Shown: piece after piece, positions 9,815 to 19,566 of the stretch
How the letters are laid out: every line of letters starts with the position of its first letter
How positions within the stretch are numbered: position 1 is the first letter of the stretch
The notes under the pieces: model-generated
Database searches by the model: none
Told to the model about the DNA's origin: nothing
What the model saw: only the letters and a program-made list of their open reading frames with translations
Source of the DNA: Candidatus Methanoperedens sp.
GTDB lineage: Archaea; Halobacteriota; Methanosarcinia; Methanosarcinales; Methanoperedenaceae
Length of the DNA stretch: 32,000 nt
Assembly: GCA_027460535.1 (NCBI GenBank)
Contig: JAPZAR010000009.1
Coordinates: 30,001 to 62,000, forward strand
Direction: 5' to 3'
Position numbers and translations under genes: made by a program

Positions 9815-10798
9815 TTAAGAGCGTCCTCTAGTAAAAACATGCAGAGCAAAGAACCCAAAAATAACCAGAATCAAGTCGTAGATATACCCTGTAACGACCA
9901 ACCAGTTTATCATCAGGCCATAGATCAGGGATATTATAAAGAAAAGAGAGAGGAGGATAACAACATTTCTGGACACATCCGCAATCACTGGAGATTCTTT
10001 TTCTAAATTATTCTGTCGCAGATGCTTAGTATATGGCATTTTGATGTGGGGCATGTTAATTTTGGGCAGATTAATTTGGGGCATTTTGATAAAGGGTATG
10101 TTAGTATGTGGTATGTTGATATGGAATATTTTAATTTTGGGCAGGTTGATATGAGGTATCTCAATGTTGGGTATGTTAATACGGGGTATTCTGAGATTCC
10201 CCACCTTTTGAGTCAATACTTTTATCCCTTGTATAAGCCGTATCATCGAGCCTGAAATTTGCGTCTCTATTAAACCCAATCTCTGCAATGTACTTTCCGG
10301 CAGCGAAAGCTCAAAAAAGCGAATCGTTACACCTATTACCAAAAGGTAATAGGCATAGATCGCCAGATTTTCTGCCCGGGGCTCATCACCCATGGCAAGC
10401 GTAACAGCGGTTGCTGCAAGAAGCAGGAGTGCCAGGAAAATGGGGTAGTTTGAGGGGGGCCAGTCTTTCATCTCACTTCTGCTCCATGAAGATGTATCAC
10501 TACATAGTACACGATAAGCGTTCTCACGGTAAGCATAAAGTTCCACTCCAGAACAAGGAACATGAGGTATGAAGCGCTCAGAAATATCTTTATCAGCCAT
10601 ACAAATTATGGACGGGCCGCGCATGAGAAGCCAGTCCAGCCTCGAATAATGCTCGCGCGCCATTATGAGCCAGAAACCCACACCTGCAAGCAACATACCC
10701 TTAATTGTCATTTCATCTTTTCCTGCAACCAACTCACACCGGAAATCGCAGATGACGGTGACAAGATCAAGCGGCAGGCTCCAGCTCCTAGGATGCAT
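9815..10798 (-). CDS. Membrane protein of unknown function carrying 11 tandem pentapeptide repeats x-I-(N/K)-(I/L/M)-P
   Basis: The ORF track extends to a TTG at 10837. ATG 10798 has GGAG 4 nt upstream and is preferred; ATG 10711 is also possible. TM helices flank a loop reading NLRIP RINIP NIEIP HINLP KIKIF HINIP HTNIP FIKMP QINLP KINMP HIKMP. No recognisable family. Confidence 0.6.
   Translation of the reverse strand: MHPRSWSLPLDLVTVICDFRCELVAGKDEMTIKGMLLAGVGFWLIMAREHYSRLDWLLMRGPSIICMADKDISERFIPHVPCSGVELYAYRENAYRVLCSDTSSWSRSEMKDWPPSNYPIFLALLLLAATAVTLAMGDEPRAENLAIYAYYLLVIGVTIRFFELSLPESTLQRLGLIETQISGSMIRLIQGIKVLTQKVGNLRIPRINIPNIEIPHINLPKIKIFHINIPHTNIPFIKMPQINLPKINMPHIKMPYTKHLRQNNLEKESPVIADVSRNVVILLSLFFIISLIYGLMINWLVVTGYIYDLILVIFGFFALHVFTRGRS
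10028..10198. repeat. Imperfect 15-bp tandem repeat, about 11 units, in frame inside CDS 9815-10798
   Basis: Plus-strand units such as gcatgttaattttgg / gcagattaatttggg / gcattttgataaagg / gtatgttagtatgtg / gtatgttgatatgga recur with a 15-nt period. They encode the pentapeptide repeat on the minus strand. Confidence 0.85.
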
Positions 10799-11480
10799 GT
10801 GGCTCCGTACAGAGAGCGCAGCCACAATTCCTATCAAGGAGCATCATCAACTGCGGGTACAGTGCATACGAAACTACCCTGGACGGAATGACCTCCCTTG
10901 CTGAGGGCTTATACTCGCCTCTCAGTCTCTTTTTTCAAAGAACTTGCCAATAATAATAATTTACCACGACATGAAAAATTCATAAATAAGATTTAGGTTT
11001 AAATCAGACATATGGTTTTATAAAAAAAAGGAATATACAGGGTATAGCATGAATTATTCAGATGAAATAAAGAAAATATCATTAAATGTATTCTTATTTT
11101 TATCAGCCATTTCTTTATTTCTTTATATCTACAAAGGGACAAACCCATACGCTTTAGAAGGATTGGAAGAAAGGATGCTGGCGGCATCCCGGGTGATGTG
11201 GACAATACCTTCCTTTTACCTGAACGTTCGATCGTCAGAGATACATTATATCCTCCATTTTTTATTGTTGCAACTACATCTTGCATAAATATTATTTTAA
11301 AATTATTAATTCTTATAAAAGTGTCTGTTTTATTATTTTCTGCTATTTTCTAATGGTTAGAGGCATTTATATAATATAATTGTGACCTTTTTCAACCACA
11401 TTATAAGATATATTTTGATATATTAATATCAAAAAAAATAATTAATGAAATAATCAAAAAAATAGCTTTCTTATCTGATT

Positions 11481-14400
11481 TCATAATAAATCATTTTTCT
11501 TAGCTTTATTTCTTCTCCAATTCCAAATACAATAACCTACAACGGAAATAAATGTAATTCCAGAAATGACAAGTCCAATATAAAAGTAAGACTGTGGTTT
11601 GAAGTAAAGTACTACCGTGAAGTTTTCACCCATGCTGAGTTCTTGCGAATCAATATACCAAGAATTAGCGTAACCATTTGCCATGAAATGATTTTCATCT
11701 GGCAAGGATTTCTTAAATAAATAAGATACATCACTTGGAGTAAATTTCATATCATGTTTAGCTTCTTTCACTTTTGTATTTTCGTAGCTTTTAATTATAT
11801 CATTAGGTTCAGAGTTTTTATCTTCAATGTAAGCTTTCCACTGAGGGTCATATGACTCTGAAAATACTAAGACAAATGGTTTGGATGTGTTAACATGGAC
11901 TTTGTATTTTGTGGGATTAATTTCTTGGAATGTTATATCAAATTTATTATTTTGGTTTGTATGAAATACATCACTTATATTTGAATATTTATCAGGGTTA
12001 TCAAATGAACAGAAATTCAACTCCTTATTGCTTTGAGCTACCAACAATGTTACAGTTTTATTGACCAAATGGTTTATTTGAATTATTACTTTTTGATTTG
12101 CGGGAATTATGGCTGGGTAAGTCACTTCTTTTGTGGTCATTCCCATCCAACCAGTTTCCCAAAATATTCCATTGACGTCAGATGCCGGTTTTCCATCTGC
12201 ATATATGCCATTTATTTGTAGAGGTTCTGACCCATTTCTTATATAGATATGTGTTGAATTTATTGAGAACCACATAGGTGGAGTCCACCACGATGGGAAT
12301 ATATAGGGACTGTCCTTTATGGATGAAATAACAAACATATCGGGATCAACTTTACTTTTTACATTGATAATCCCTTTTTTCCCAATATATGATCTGGCAG
12401 CATATTTATCCGCCATCATAGTCCAATCAATTGGTTTATCTATTCCGTTATACACTGGAATAACGATTCTCTGCTCGGACGAATTGCATGTTCGGTATTT
12501 AGAAATGTTCAGTACAAAATTATTCTGCTCTTTAAGAATCTCTGAAAAGAAAAAAACTGATTGGGGACTAAAATCATTATCCGATACTAAGGGAATTAAT
12601 GACTCAATACTTCCGTTGATATATATGGGGCCTGTGGTTGCATAAATATGGGGAACAAAATAATCATTTCTGTAGAAATCCCACTTTCCAAATGTTTTTT
12701 CTAGATGAATTCCTTTTTGAAAACTCAATCTTGATTCTATGAATTCAGGAGAATCAACATCTCCATAAAAATCGTATCTGAAATCATTACGCTGCAATAA
12801 ATACCTAACATTTAGTAACCCAAGAATTTTTGCTGTATTAGGAGTTAAGTTATTATAAATAGCATTGATACTTAACCGATGCATATTATCAATCGGACGA
12901 GGCTGTATATAACCTTCTCCATAGGATCTGAAAAGCATTCCCTTATTATTAAATAATTGATTCGAAATATCTCCTACGCCACCAAATCCCCAATCATATA
13001 CATTTGTCCTATCATCAGGAAGTAAGATTATTTTGAATTCCTCTTCATTGGAATTCATCCATTCTGATGCTTCAAAAATATATTGGGGAAAGTTAATATG
13101 ATAACCTAAATCAAATTTCTGGTGAAAACCAACATCGCCTTCAGAACTTGGAAACATATCGCCAAATACAAGAGGATAAGTATAGATTATATTTGAAAGA
13201 AGAATCAATCCTATGAATAAGATTGGAAAATTTATTTTGATTTTTAGCAATGAAAATTTTATATCATAATTACCGCTATGTTTCTGTAAATATTCATAAA
13301 TCTTGCTGCATGCAACGCCAATCAAGAATGAATATCCCAAAGCGATGAGAATTCCAAATTTCTGCCATGGTGCTCGATATATCCAGAATCCGGGTATATT
13401 TTCAAACATCCAAGAGTATAGCTCTCCAAAAGGGGGATGAATTCCTTTCCCTAGAAAGAGAGCTATGACAGTTGTAAAGGTGAAAAATATAACATAACGG
13501 TTTCTTGAAAATAAGACTGCAGAAAAAGCTAAAATAGGTATGAAAAAACTAAAAGCAATCAATATAGCATCTGTTTGATAAGATTGAAAATAAGGATTAT
13601 AAAGTTCACCACCCCACGAATCAAACCAAAAAACCTGCCCAAACTGTCTGAATATGTTTAAAAATCCATTATATTTGCTAGTATATTCCAATAAATTAGT
13701 GGAACTGTACACTTCCATAGCCTTAGAAGTTGAGGTTAAATCAGAGTCTAATACGAAATTTCCAATAGGAATTATCCAAAACATAGCTATTAAAAAGAAA
13801 ATTAAGAAAAATAATGCTGAGAATCTAATGCTATGAAAAATGTTCTCTTTATCCTTTCTTATGATTAATTTAGATAGATAAAAAATAAAAAATAATATTA
13901 ACATAAGAAACAAAGCTCCTAACATAGGGGGTTGAAACCCTGTGCCAGAAGCAATTATAGAGAAAATACAGATGGGCATAGCAGCTTGTTTATACGATAT
14001 TCTTTCTTCTAAACCTCCTATAAACAATCCCAACAATGAAGGTATAATTACAACACCCGTAAGTTCGCCTATTTTTGCCATTTCCCATGCATAAACTTGA
14101 TAGAAATTAAACATATAAAAAATAACAGCAGTTATTCGCATTATTCTTTCTTTGATTTCTCTGTGATTAATAAGCTGTGACATGAGAAAATACATTGAAA
14201 GTCCTGAGAGGGTGAACCAAAAAATAAATGTTAATTTTTCTGTGGTGATTAAATCGAATCCCAATATATTATGAAATAAAGCTTGCAAACTGGTAAAAAA
14301 TTCAGCTGATATATCTGATGAGCGATCAGTCCCACCAAGAATACCTGTATTCCAAACGTATAAACGTTGTATAAAGCGTTGAAGAGGATTAAATGGGAAA

Positions 14401-14516
14401 TCCACATCAGCACTTGCTATTAAATAGCCTTTGAACCAAAGCAAAGGAGTTAATCCTAGCAGAATTATTAACATTAGTTCATTATTTTCGGCCCAAAATA
14501 CTTTAATCGATTTCAT
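11481..14516 (-). CDS. Giant polytopic membrane protein, GT-C-fold glycosyltransferase-like (AftD/DUF3367-like)
   Basis: 1011 aa: ~450 aa of TM helices, a ~520-aa soluble domain and a final TM (FYIGLVISGITFISVVGYCIW). The first loop ADVDFPFNPLQRFIQRLYVWNTGILGG resembles the acidic first-loop motif of AftD-type GT-C enzymes. The C-terminal FVLVFSESYDPQWKAYIED...ANGYANSWYI...VVLYFKPQ pattern is typical of that family and of YfhO. This is recollection, not a search. Confidence 0.6.
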   Translation of the reverse strand: MKSIKVFWAENNELMLIILLGLTPLLWFKGYLIASADVDFPFNPLQRFIQRLYVWNTGILGGTDRSSDISAEFFTSLQALFHNILGFDLITTEKLTFIFWFTLSGLSMYFLMSQLINHREIKERIMRITAVIFYMFNFYQVYAWEMAKIGELTGVVIIPSLLGLFIGGLEERISYKQAAMPICIFSIIASGTGFQPPMLGALFLMLILFFIFYLSKLIIRKDKENIFHSIRFSALFFLIFFLIAMFWIIPIGNFVLDSDLTSTSKAMEVYSSTNLLEYTSKYNGFLNIFRQFGQVFWFDSWGGELYNPYFQSYQTDAILIAFSFFIPILAFSAVLFSRNRYVIFFTFTTVIALFLGKGIHPPFGELYSWMFENIPGFWIYRAPWQKFGILIALGYSFLIGVACSKIYEYLQKHSGNYDIKFSLLKIKINFPILFIGLILLSNIIYTYPLVFGDMFPSSEGDVGFHQKFDLGYHINFPQYIFEASEWMNSNEEEFKIILLPDDRTNVYDWGFGGVGDISNQLFNNKGMLFRSYGEGYIQPRPIDNMHRLSINAIYNNLTPNTAKILGLLNVRYLLQRNDFRYDFYGDVDSPEFIESRLSFQKGIHLEKTFGKWDFYRNDYFVPHIYATTGPIYINGSIESLIPLVSDNDFSPQSVFFFSEILKEQNNFVLNISKYRTCNSSEQRIVIPVYNGIDKPIDWTMMADKYAARSYIGKKGIINVKSKVDPDMFVISSIKDSPYIFPSWWTPPMWFSINSTHIYIRNGSEPLQINGIYADGKPASDVNGIFWETGWMGMTTKEVTYPAIIPANQKVIIQINHLVNKTVTLLVAQSNKELNFCSFDNPDKYSNISDVFHTNQNNKFDITFQEINPTKYKVHVNTSKPFVLVFSESYDPQWKAYIEDKNSEPNDIIKSYENTKVKEAKHDMKFTPSDVSYLFKKSLPDENHFMANGYANSWYIDSQELSMGENFTVVLYFKPQSYFYIGLVISGITFISVVGYCIWNWRRNKAKKNDLL

Positions 14517-14527
14517 GGTTTTTTCCC

Positions 14528-15322
14528 TTAGAGTATGCAGCCGTTCTTTATCTTTTTAGCAATAATTACAATACGACTTCCTCTCATTAGCTTCGGCAAA
14601 CATAACACTAAAATTTTATATAAACTATTTTTGATTTCGTACAGAATCAATCTGCTAATTGATAGTGATTTAACATTATTCATCTGGAAATGATTTGTAT
14701 CAATAAATAGTATGTTATAATTTAATTTTTTAAGAATATACATATAAGTATTTACGGAATGAGCCACCTCATTTGGGGTAGCTAGTCTATGATTGATAAT
14801 ATAATCTTTTCCAAATATAGATGTCAAATATACTCTCATCAAACCAAACAGTTTATTTACTGGGTTAGATCCATTAGGTTCTATAATTATGAGAAACCCA
14901 TCATGTTTGATCCATTCACTCAAATTATAAAAAACCTTGTCGATTAATGGAAAATGATGCAGAATAAAAGGACATAATATTAATTCAAATTGATCTTTGT
15001 CAAATATATTTTCATCTTCCAAATCATTAGTTATTGCATGATAATTCTGGGTTGGAGGTTCATTAGCTAGTTTAACCATTTCTGGAGTGATATCTACTCC
15101 TGTTATCTTCAAATTTGGATTTAGATTTAGAAGAAACTTTCCAAATATTCCAATACCACAACCAGCTTCTAAAACTTTATATTTTTTATATTTAATTTTG
15201 GGAATATATTTAATGAGAACTTTCCTGAGATAATCAAAGTATTCTTTATCATATTCTGTTGGTTCTTCGAGAACGCCCCTAAAAAATTCTCGTTCATAAG
15301 ATTTATTTTGTAATGTCTTCAT
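14528..15322 (-). CDS. Class I SAM-dependent methyltransferase
   Basis: Motif I VLEAGCGIGIFG, followed by ITGVDITPEMV and LILCPFILHHFP (Methyltransf_11/25-like). Its stop lies 11 nt upstream of the GT-C gene start. Confidence 0.85.
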   Translation of the reverse strand: MKTLQNKSYEREFFRGVLEEPTEYDKEYFDYLRKVLIKYIPKIKYKKYKVLEAGCGIGIFGKFLLNLNPNLKITGVDITPEMVKLANEPPTQNYHAITNDLEDENIFDKDQFELILCPFILHHFPLIDKVFYNLSEWIKHDGFLIIIEPNGSNPVNKLFGLMRVYLTSIFGKDYIINHRLATPNEVAHSVNTYMYILKKLNYNILFIDTNHFQMNNVKSLSISRLILYEIKNSLYKILVLCLPKLMRGSRIVIIAKKIKNGCIL

Positions 15323-15456
15323 TTAATATCAACCTAGTAGTAAAATTATGTTTTATCGTTTGATATTCGAGTAATTTTTTCTGAAAATTTGAAATTGAGC
15401 TAAGATATATTTATCTAATTATGAAATTATTAATATTTCTGAAGCAATATATTCGA

Positions 15457-16650
15457 TTAGTGTCCTTTCATATTCATTGGATTTTCATTTTTGATCAATT
15501 TGTTGAATATCTCAAACTCTTTGTTTGATATTAGATCCCAATCATATTGTTGAATACCATTAAACCCTTTTAATCCAAGTTCAGCGCATAAATCCGTATC
15601 ATAAAGAAGATCATTCACAATTACTGCAAATTTAGATATATCGAATAATTCTACCGTTTTTAGTCCATCTTTGAAAATACGATATGTCGGTAAATCATAT
15701 GCAACAACCGGTAATTTGCAGGCCATCGCTTCACAAACTGCAATTCCCCATCCTTCTTCATGGCTGGGAGTAATAAATATCCTACTCTGCTTCATTATTT
15801 CAATACATTCCTTATGGCTTTTAGCTCCGGCGAGTTCTATAGATGTCATTAATCCCTCCCCCTTGATAGACGCTTTTAGCTCATTTTCATATTCTTTAAG
15901 TCCTCCACCTACGACAATTAATTTGGCATTTATATTACTCTTGACAACTCCTTTCCATATGGGAACTATATCGTGCAAACCCTTACTTGGACGTAGTCCA
16001 CCTACAAAACAAGCATCATAAATTATATCATTTTTTGTATTATTTATATCATCTATAAATTTTAGATTCACCCCATTAGAGATCATTTCAACAGAATATT
16101 TTGAATGAAAAAGTTTAGCTATTTTTTCCCCCATTGCAGAATCGTATACAAAGACTTTATCGGCATTATTTTTAATCAACCTATAACTTAGTTTTTGCAT
16201 TATTGAAGATAAAAAGCTAACAAAAAAATCAATGGGTTTATTTTGATTAATCCCTACTAAATGATGTGTCATAGCAATCCATTTTGTGCGGTTAATTTTA
16301 TGGTATATTAATGCTGGGATAATATCACATATATAATCTGAATCAGTATAACATATATCACATTTTGGTAAACGCGGAACAATGAAAAATGAAAATATTG
16401 TAGAGATGAAATATGCCTCGATTCGATCATAGATTCCAGATTCTATCTTCTTGAAAATAGACGCTGGAAGAATATGGTATATCACTTCTAATCCCATAGA
16501 TCGGCAAGCTTTGAATCCACCAATGGTAGTAAGAAAATGAATTTCACATCCCATTCTTTGCAACCTTTTTGCGATTTCTATAGTTCTAATTAAACTTCCC
16601 CCTACCCCACCCGATAAACCATTTCCGTTAGCGATATATAATATTTTCAT
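15457..16650 (-). CDS. Glycosyltransferase, GT-B fold, family 4-like
   Basis: The track starts at GTG 16659; ATG 16650 (MKILYIANGNG) is more typical. The EX7E motif EGWGIAVCE is followed by AMACKLPVVAYD. N-terminal GGVGGSLIR. Confidence 0.85.
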   Translation of the reverse strand: MKILYIANGNGLSGGVGGSLIRTIEIAKRLQRMGCEIHFLTTIGGFKACRSMGLEVIYHILPASIFKKIESGIYDRIEAYFISTIFSFFIVPRLPKCDICYTDSDYICDIIPALIYHKINRTKWIAMTHHLVGINQNKPIDFFVSFLSSIMQKLSYRLIKNNADKVFVYDSAMGEKIAKLFHSKYSVEMISNGVNLKFIDDINNTKNDIIYDACFVGGLRPSKGLHDIVPIWKGVVKSNINAKLIVVGGGLKEYENELKASIKGEGLMTSIELAGAKSHKECIEIMKQSRIFITPSHEEGWGIAVCEAMACKLPVVAYDLPTYRIFKDGLKTVELFDISKFAVIVNDLLYDTDLCAELGLKGFNGIQQYDWDLISNKEFEIFNKLIKNENPMNMKGH

Positions 16651-16727
16651 TTTAACCACTTGAATATAGTTTTACAAAACGCCTTCTAATAATCATTACT
16701 TCTCTATTCTATGGAAATTGCAAATAT

Positions 16728-18158
16728 TTATTTAGAATATGTAGTTTCCCTTAATTTTTCAAATACCATACATAATTGTAGCCCATTTTTGGCATCTTTT
16801 TGTTTCAAATCGATTTTTTCTAAATTCCACCATAAAGAAGAGTCTGGTTTGTTAATCTCCGGAATAAATCTCGATAAAACAATTTGAATTATTTTAACTA
16901 GATGCCCACTATAGAATATATTTTTGATATCAAAACCATGATTTTTAAATTTTATGCCTAATTGTTCCTCACTATAGTGTCTTAAATGTCCTATTTTCTT
17001 GTCATGAAGATAATATGGCAGCCAAAAAATAGGAAGAATTCTTTTATATGCATTAGGGACTATGATTACAATTTTTGCTTGAATCTTTGATACCCTGGCC
17101 ATATCCTCTATGGCTTTACAATCATTCGGCAGATGCTCTAAAACTGCTATTGAGCTAATTTTAGAAAACACTTTTTTTTTAAATGGCAGATATTCTGCTG
17201 AACCCACAATAAAATGACATACTTCATCGTTATTCAATATTTGTTCTGCAAAATTTTTTGCTTTTTTAACACCTTGCAGTGAGATATCGATACCCACTGA
17301 TACACAACCTCTTTGCGCAGCTTCTATAACAGTATAGCCAGAACCACCAATCCCGATATCAAGATAGTAACTTGAGTTTTCTCCATTCATATCTAGCATG
17401 GCGCATATCCTCCGAAGGTAACTGAGTCTCCAATTCTCCAGATGATATTTTTTATAATTTTTGTATTCGTTATCAAAATATTTTTTTTGAAAATTATATT
17501 GATTATTGATATTAATATTAGCAGAAGAATTAAATCTGTTCTTTATAAAAATCATATTGTAAGATAGATAATTCTTTAAGACAGGTATAATTTCCAAAAT
17601 ATTCTCAAATTTTTGTATTATGTTTAATAAGAATATATTTCTCAATGGATACACATGTGCTTCAAAAGATATAATTTTATAATTTTCAAAATAACCGCCG
17701 ACCAAATTTCTAAATTTATCCTTTGAAAAATGCTTATGACCTCTAAGTAAAGTTAAGTGAATATAATTCAGTACGTGATATCTATTAGGTTCTATTAAAA
17801 CAATAACCCCAGTTTTCTTTGTAACGCGACTCATTTCCTTCAGTGCATCATTGTAATGCAAAACATGATGTAAGGCATCTTTCTCAATAACAACATCATA
17901 TATATTATTGCGAAATGGGAGATTGGATGCATCGGCTATCAAAAAATCTAAATTACAATTTTTTATCTTATTCCAATCATCAAACTTTTTAATGTCAATA
18001 CAGATTAGTTTTGATTTTTCTGATAATATCTGATCGAGATTTCCTTTACCACATCCAATATCTAATATCAAAAAGTTGTCTTTCAGTTCAATATTCAAAT
18101 TATATACTATCTTATTATAATAACATTCTTCCGAATATTTGAACATTTTTTTCCGCAT
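16728..18158 (-). CDS. Fused double class I SAM-methyltransferase (two MTase domains in one polypeptide)
   Basis: Domain 1: ILDIGCGKGNL ... ADASNLPF ... KDALHHV. Domain 2: YLDIGIGGSGYTVIEAAQRG ... GIDIS ... GSAEYLPF ... AVLEHLP. Its ATG directly abuts the TAA of the upstream rSAM gene (18159/18158). Confidence 0.8.
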   Translation of the reverse strand: MRKKMFKYSEECYYNKIVYNLNIELKDNFLILDIGCGKGNLDQILSEKSKLICIDIKKFDDWNKIKNCNLDFLIADASNLPFRNNIYDVVIEKDALHHVLHYNDALKEMSRVTKKTGVIVLIEPNRYHVLNYIHLTLLRGHKHFSKDKFRNLVGGYFENYKIISFEAHVYPLRNIFLLNIIQKFENILEIIPVLKNYLSYNMIFIKNRFNSSANININNQYNFQKKYFDNEYKNYKKYHLENWRLSYLRRICAMLDMNGENSSYYLDIGIGGSGYTVIEAAQRGCVSVGIDISLQGVKKAKNFAEQILNNDEVCHFIVGSAEYLPFKKKVFSKISSIAVLEHLPNDCKAIEDMARVSKIQAKIVIIVPNAYKRILPIFWLPYYLHDKKIGHLRHYSEEQLGIKFKNHGFDIKNIFYSGHLVKIIQIVLSRFIPEINKPDSSLWWNLEKIDLKQKDAKNGLQLCMVFEKLRETTYSK

Positions 18159-19565
18159 TTATATTCTAAGCAATGCTCTTAACTTTACCATGGAATTTTT
18201 GGCGCCTTGCGACTTCAAAAGGTGAAGAGTATTCAATATATTTTTTGAGCTAGTATATACTTTCAAATATGCCCTCTTTTGCAGAGCTACCAACTTTTTT
18301 TGATCTACACCCGCCAATTCCAGCGTTTTACCAGTTTGTTTGCTGTAATCGGACCAATTTTCAGATAATAATCGCAAACCTCCTTCACCCGTCCTCGCCA
18401 TGTCAGCAATTCTTGTTCCTGGGAAGGGGACCAGTATTGCAAAATTTGGATTGAATGCATCGAGTTGTGAGGCAAAATTAATAGTCTCCTTAATAGTCTT
18501 TTCAGTTTCATAAGGTAATCCGATGATAAAACATGCTCCTGCTTTGATACCGGCTTCTTTAGTCTTTTTAACAGTTTCCTGAATTAATCTTAGGTTCGTC
18601 TTTTTTCCAATCTTATTTAATATTTCCTCGTTCCCACTTTCAACCCCATATCCTATCACTGTACAACCTGCCTCTTTCATCTTCTTCAATAAGTCAACGT
18701 CATTCATCAAGTCAACTCTTCCACCTGTTTCCCATGTGATCCTCCTATGAAGTCCTCTTTTTATCAGTTCATCACATGTTTCTACTGCAATTCTCTTATT
18801 GATGCCAAAACTTCCCTCTACAAAATGTACCTTTGTTGCCCCAAAAAAATTTAAATTGCTTTCTATTTCATCAACTATTCTTTTGGCTGTTTTAAATCGG
18901 ACACTTCCCCCAAAAGTTCTATAACAAAAAATACAGTCAAAAGGGCATCCCCTTGCACCTTCTACGGGTAACTCCAAGCCTTCAATATGCTCTCCTGTTG
19001 GACTAAATTTTCTATATTTTTCAAGATTAAAAAGATTCCATGCTGGATATGGTAATTCATTTATATCTTTTATTAGTTCCCTTTTTTCGGTTCTGATGAT
19101 TTTATTATAGTTTTTAAATATTATACCTTTGACACAATCGAATTTTTTATTTGATTCAATTGCTTCAACAAGTTCCAAGCATGTCTTTTCTCCTTCTCCA
19201 ATAATACCAAAATCAAAAAAATTAAACTCTTTCATGGTTCTCTCGGGAATTGCGGAGATATGCGGTCCACCGATTATGCAATAAGTATTAGGAAGAACTC
19301 TTTTGATTTCACGGCACATAATATCTGCGTCAATTATCTCCTCTGTATAAGCATTAATCCCAATCACATCGGGATCTAATCCTTTTAGTGTTTCGCAGAG
19401 TTCAACCAGCGAATAGTTTTCGATAACTGGATCAATTATTTTGACATTATAATTCTCTTGCAAAACCGCTGCGATACTTGCCAAACCCACTCTCGGAAAT
19501 GTAGAACTACTTTGAATCTTATCGGATATTGTGTCTCTCAGAGGATTCATAAAAATAATATTCAT
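18159..19565 (-). CDS. B12-binding-domain radical SAM enzyme (COG1032-type)
   Basis: Canonical cluster motif GCPFDCIFC (CX3CX2C). The N-terminal Rossmann-like B12-binding segment reads DVIGINAYT ... IIGGPHISA. FIIGLPYET motif present. The track starts at ATG 19586, but ATG 19565 has GGAGG (19575-19571) at 5-nt spacing and lies 1 nt after the epimerase stop, so it is preferred. Confidence 0.85.
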   Translation of the reverse strand: MNIIFMNPLRDTISDKIQSSSTFPRVGLASIAAVLQENYNVKIIDPVIENYSLVELCETLKGLDPDVIGINAYTEEIIDADIMCREIKRVLPNTYCIIGGPHISAIPERTMKEFNFFDFGIIGEGEKTCLELVEAIESNKKFDCVKGIIFKNYNKIIRTEKRELIKDINELPYPAWNLFNLEKYRKFSPTGEHIEGLELPVEGARGCPFDCIFCYRTFGGSVRFKTAKRIVDEIESNLNFFGATKVHFVEGSFGINKRIAVETCDELIKRGLHRRITWETGGRVDLMNDVDLLKKMKEAGCTVIGYGVESGNEEILNKIGKKTNLRLIQETVKKTKEAGIKAGACFIIGLPYETEKTIKETINFASQLDAFNPNFAILVPFPGTRIADMARTGEGGLRLLSENWSDYSKQTGKTLELAGVDQKKLVALQKRAYLKVYTSSKNILNTLHLLKSQGAKNSMVKLRALLRI

Positions 19566-19566
19566 T

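Noticed and set aside
10028-10198. Could the 15-bp repeat array be a CRISPR or other non-coding repeat array?
   Set aside because: The units are contiguous with no spacers, far shorter than CRISPR repeats, imperfect, in frame, and inside a long ORF. No cas genes are present.
10901-10936. Hairpin (ctgaggg...cctctcag) followed by T6 on the plus strand, resembling a terminator
   Set aside because: There is no credible plus-strand gene upstream to terminate; ORFs 10562-10904 look like shadows. The stem is short and imperfect, so this is probably chance or a relic.
6009-14516. The GT-C-like proteins as the AglB oligosaccharyltransferase
   Set aside because: Neither contains the WWDYG catalytic motif. 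The closest string is VYDWGFGG in the 1011-aa protein. Both also carry a C-terminal TM anchor, which is atypical for AglB.
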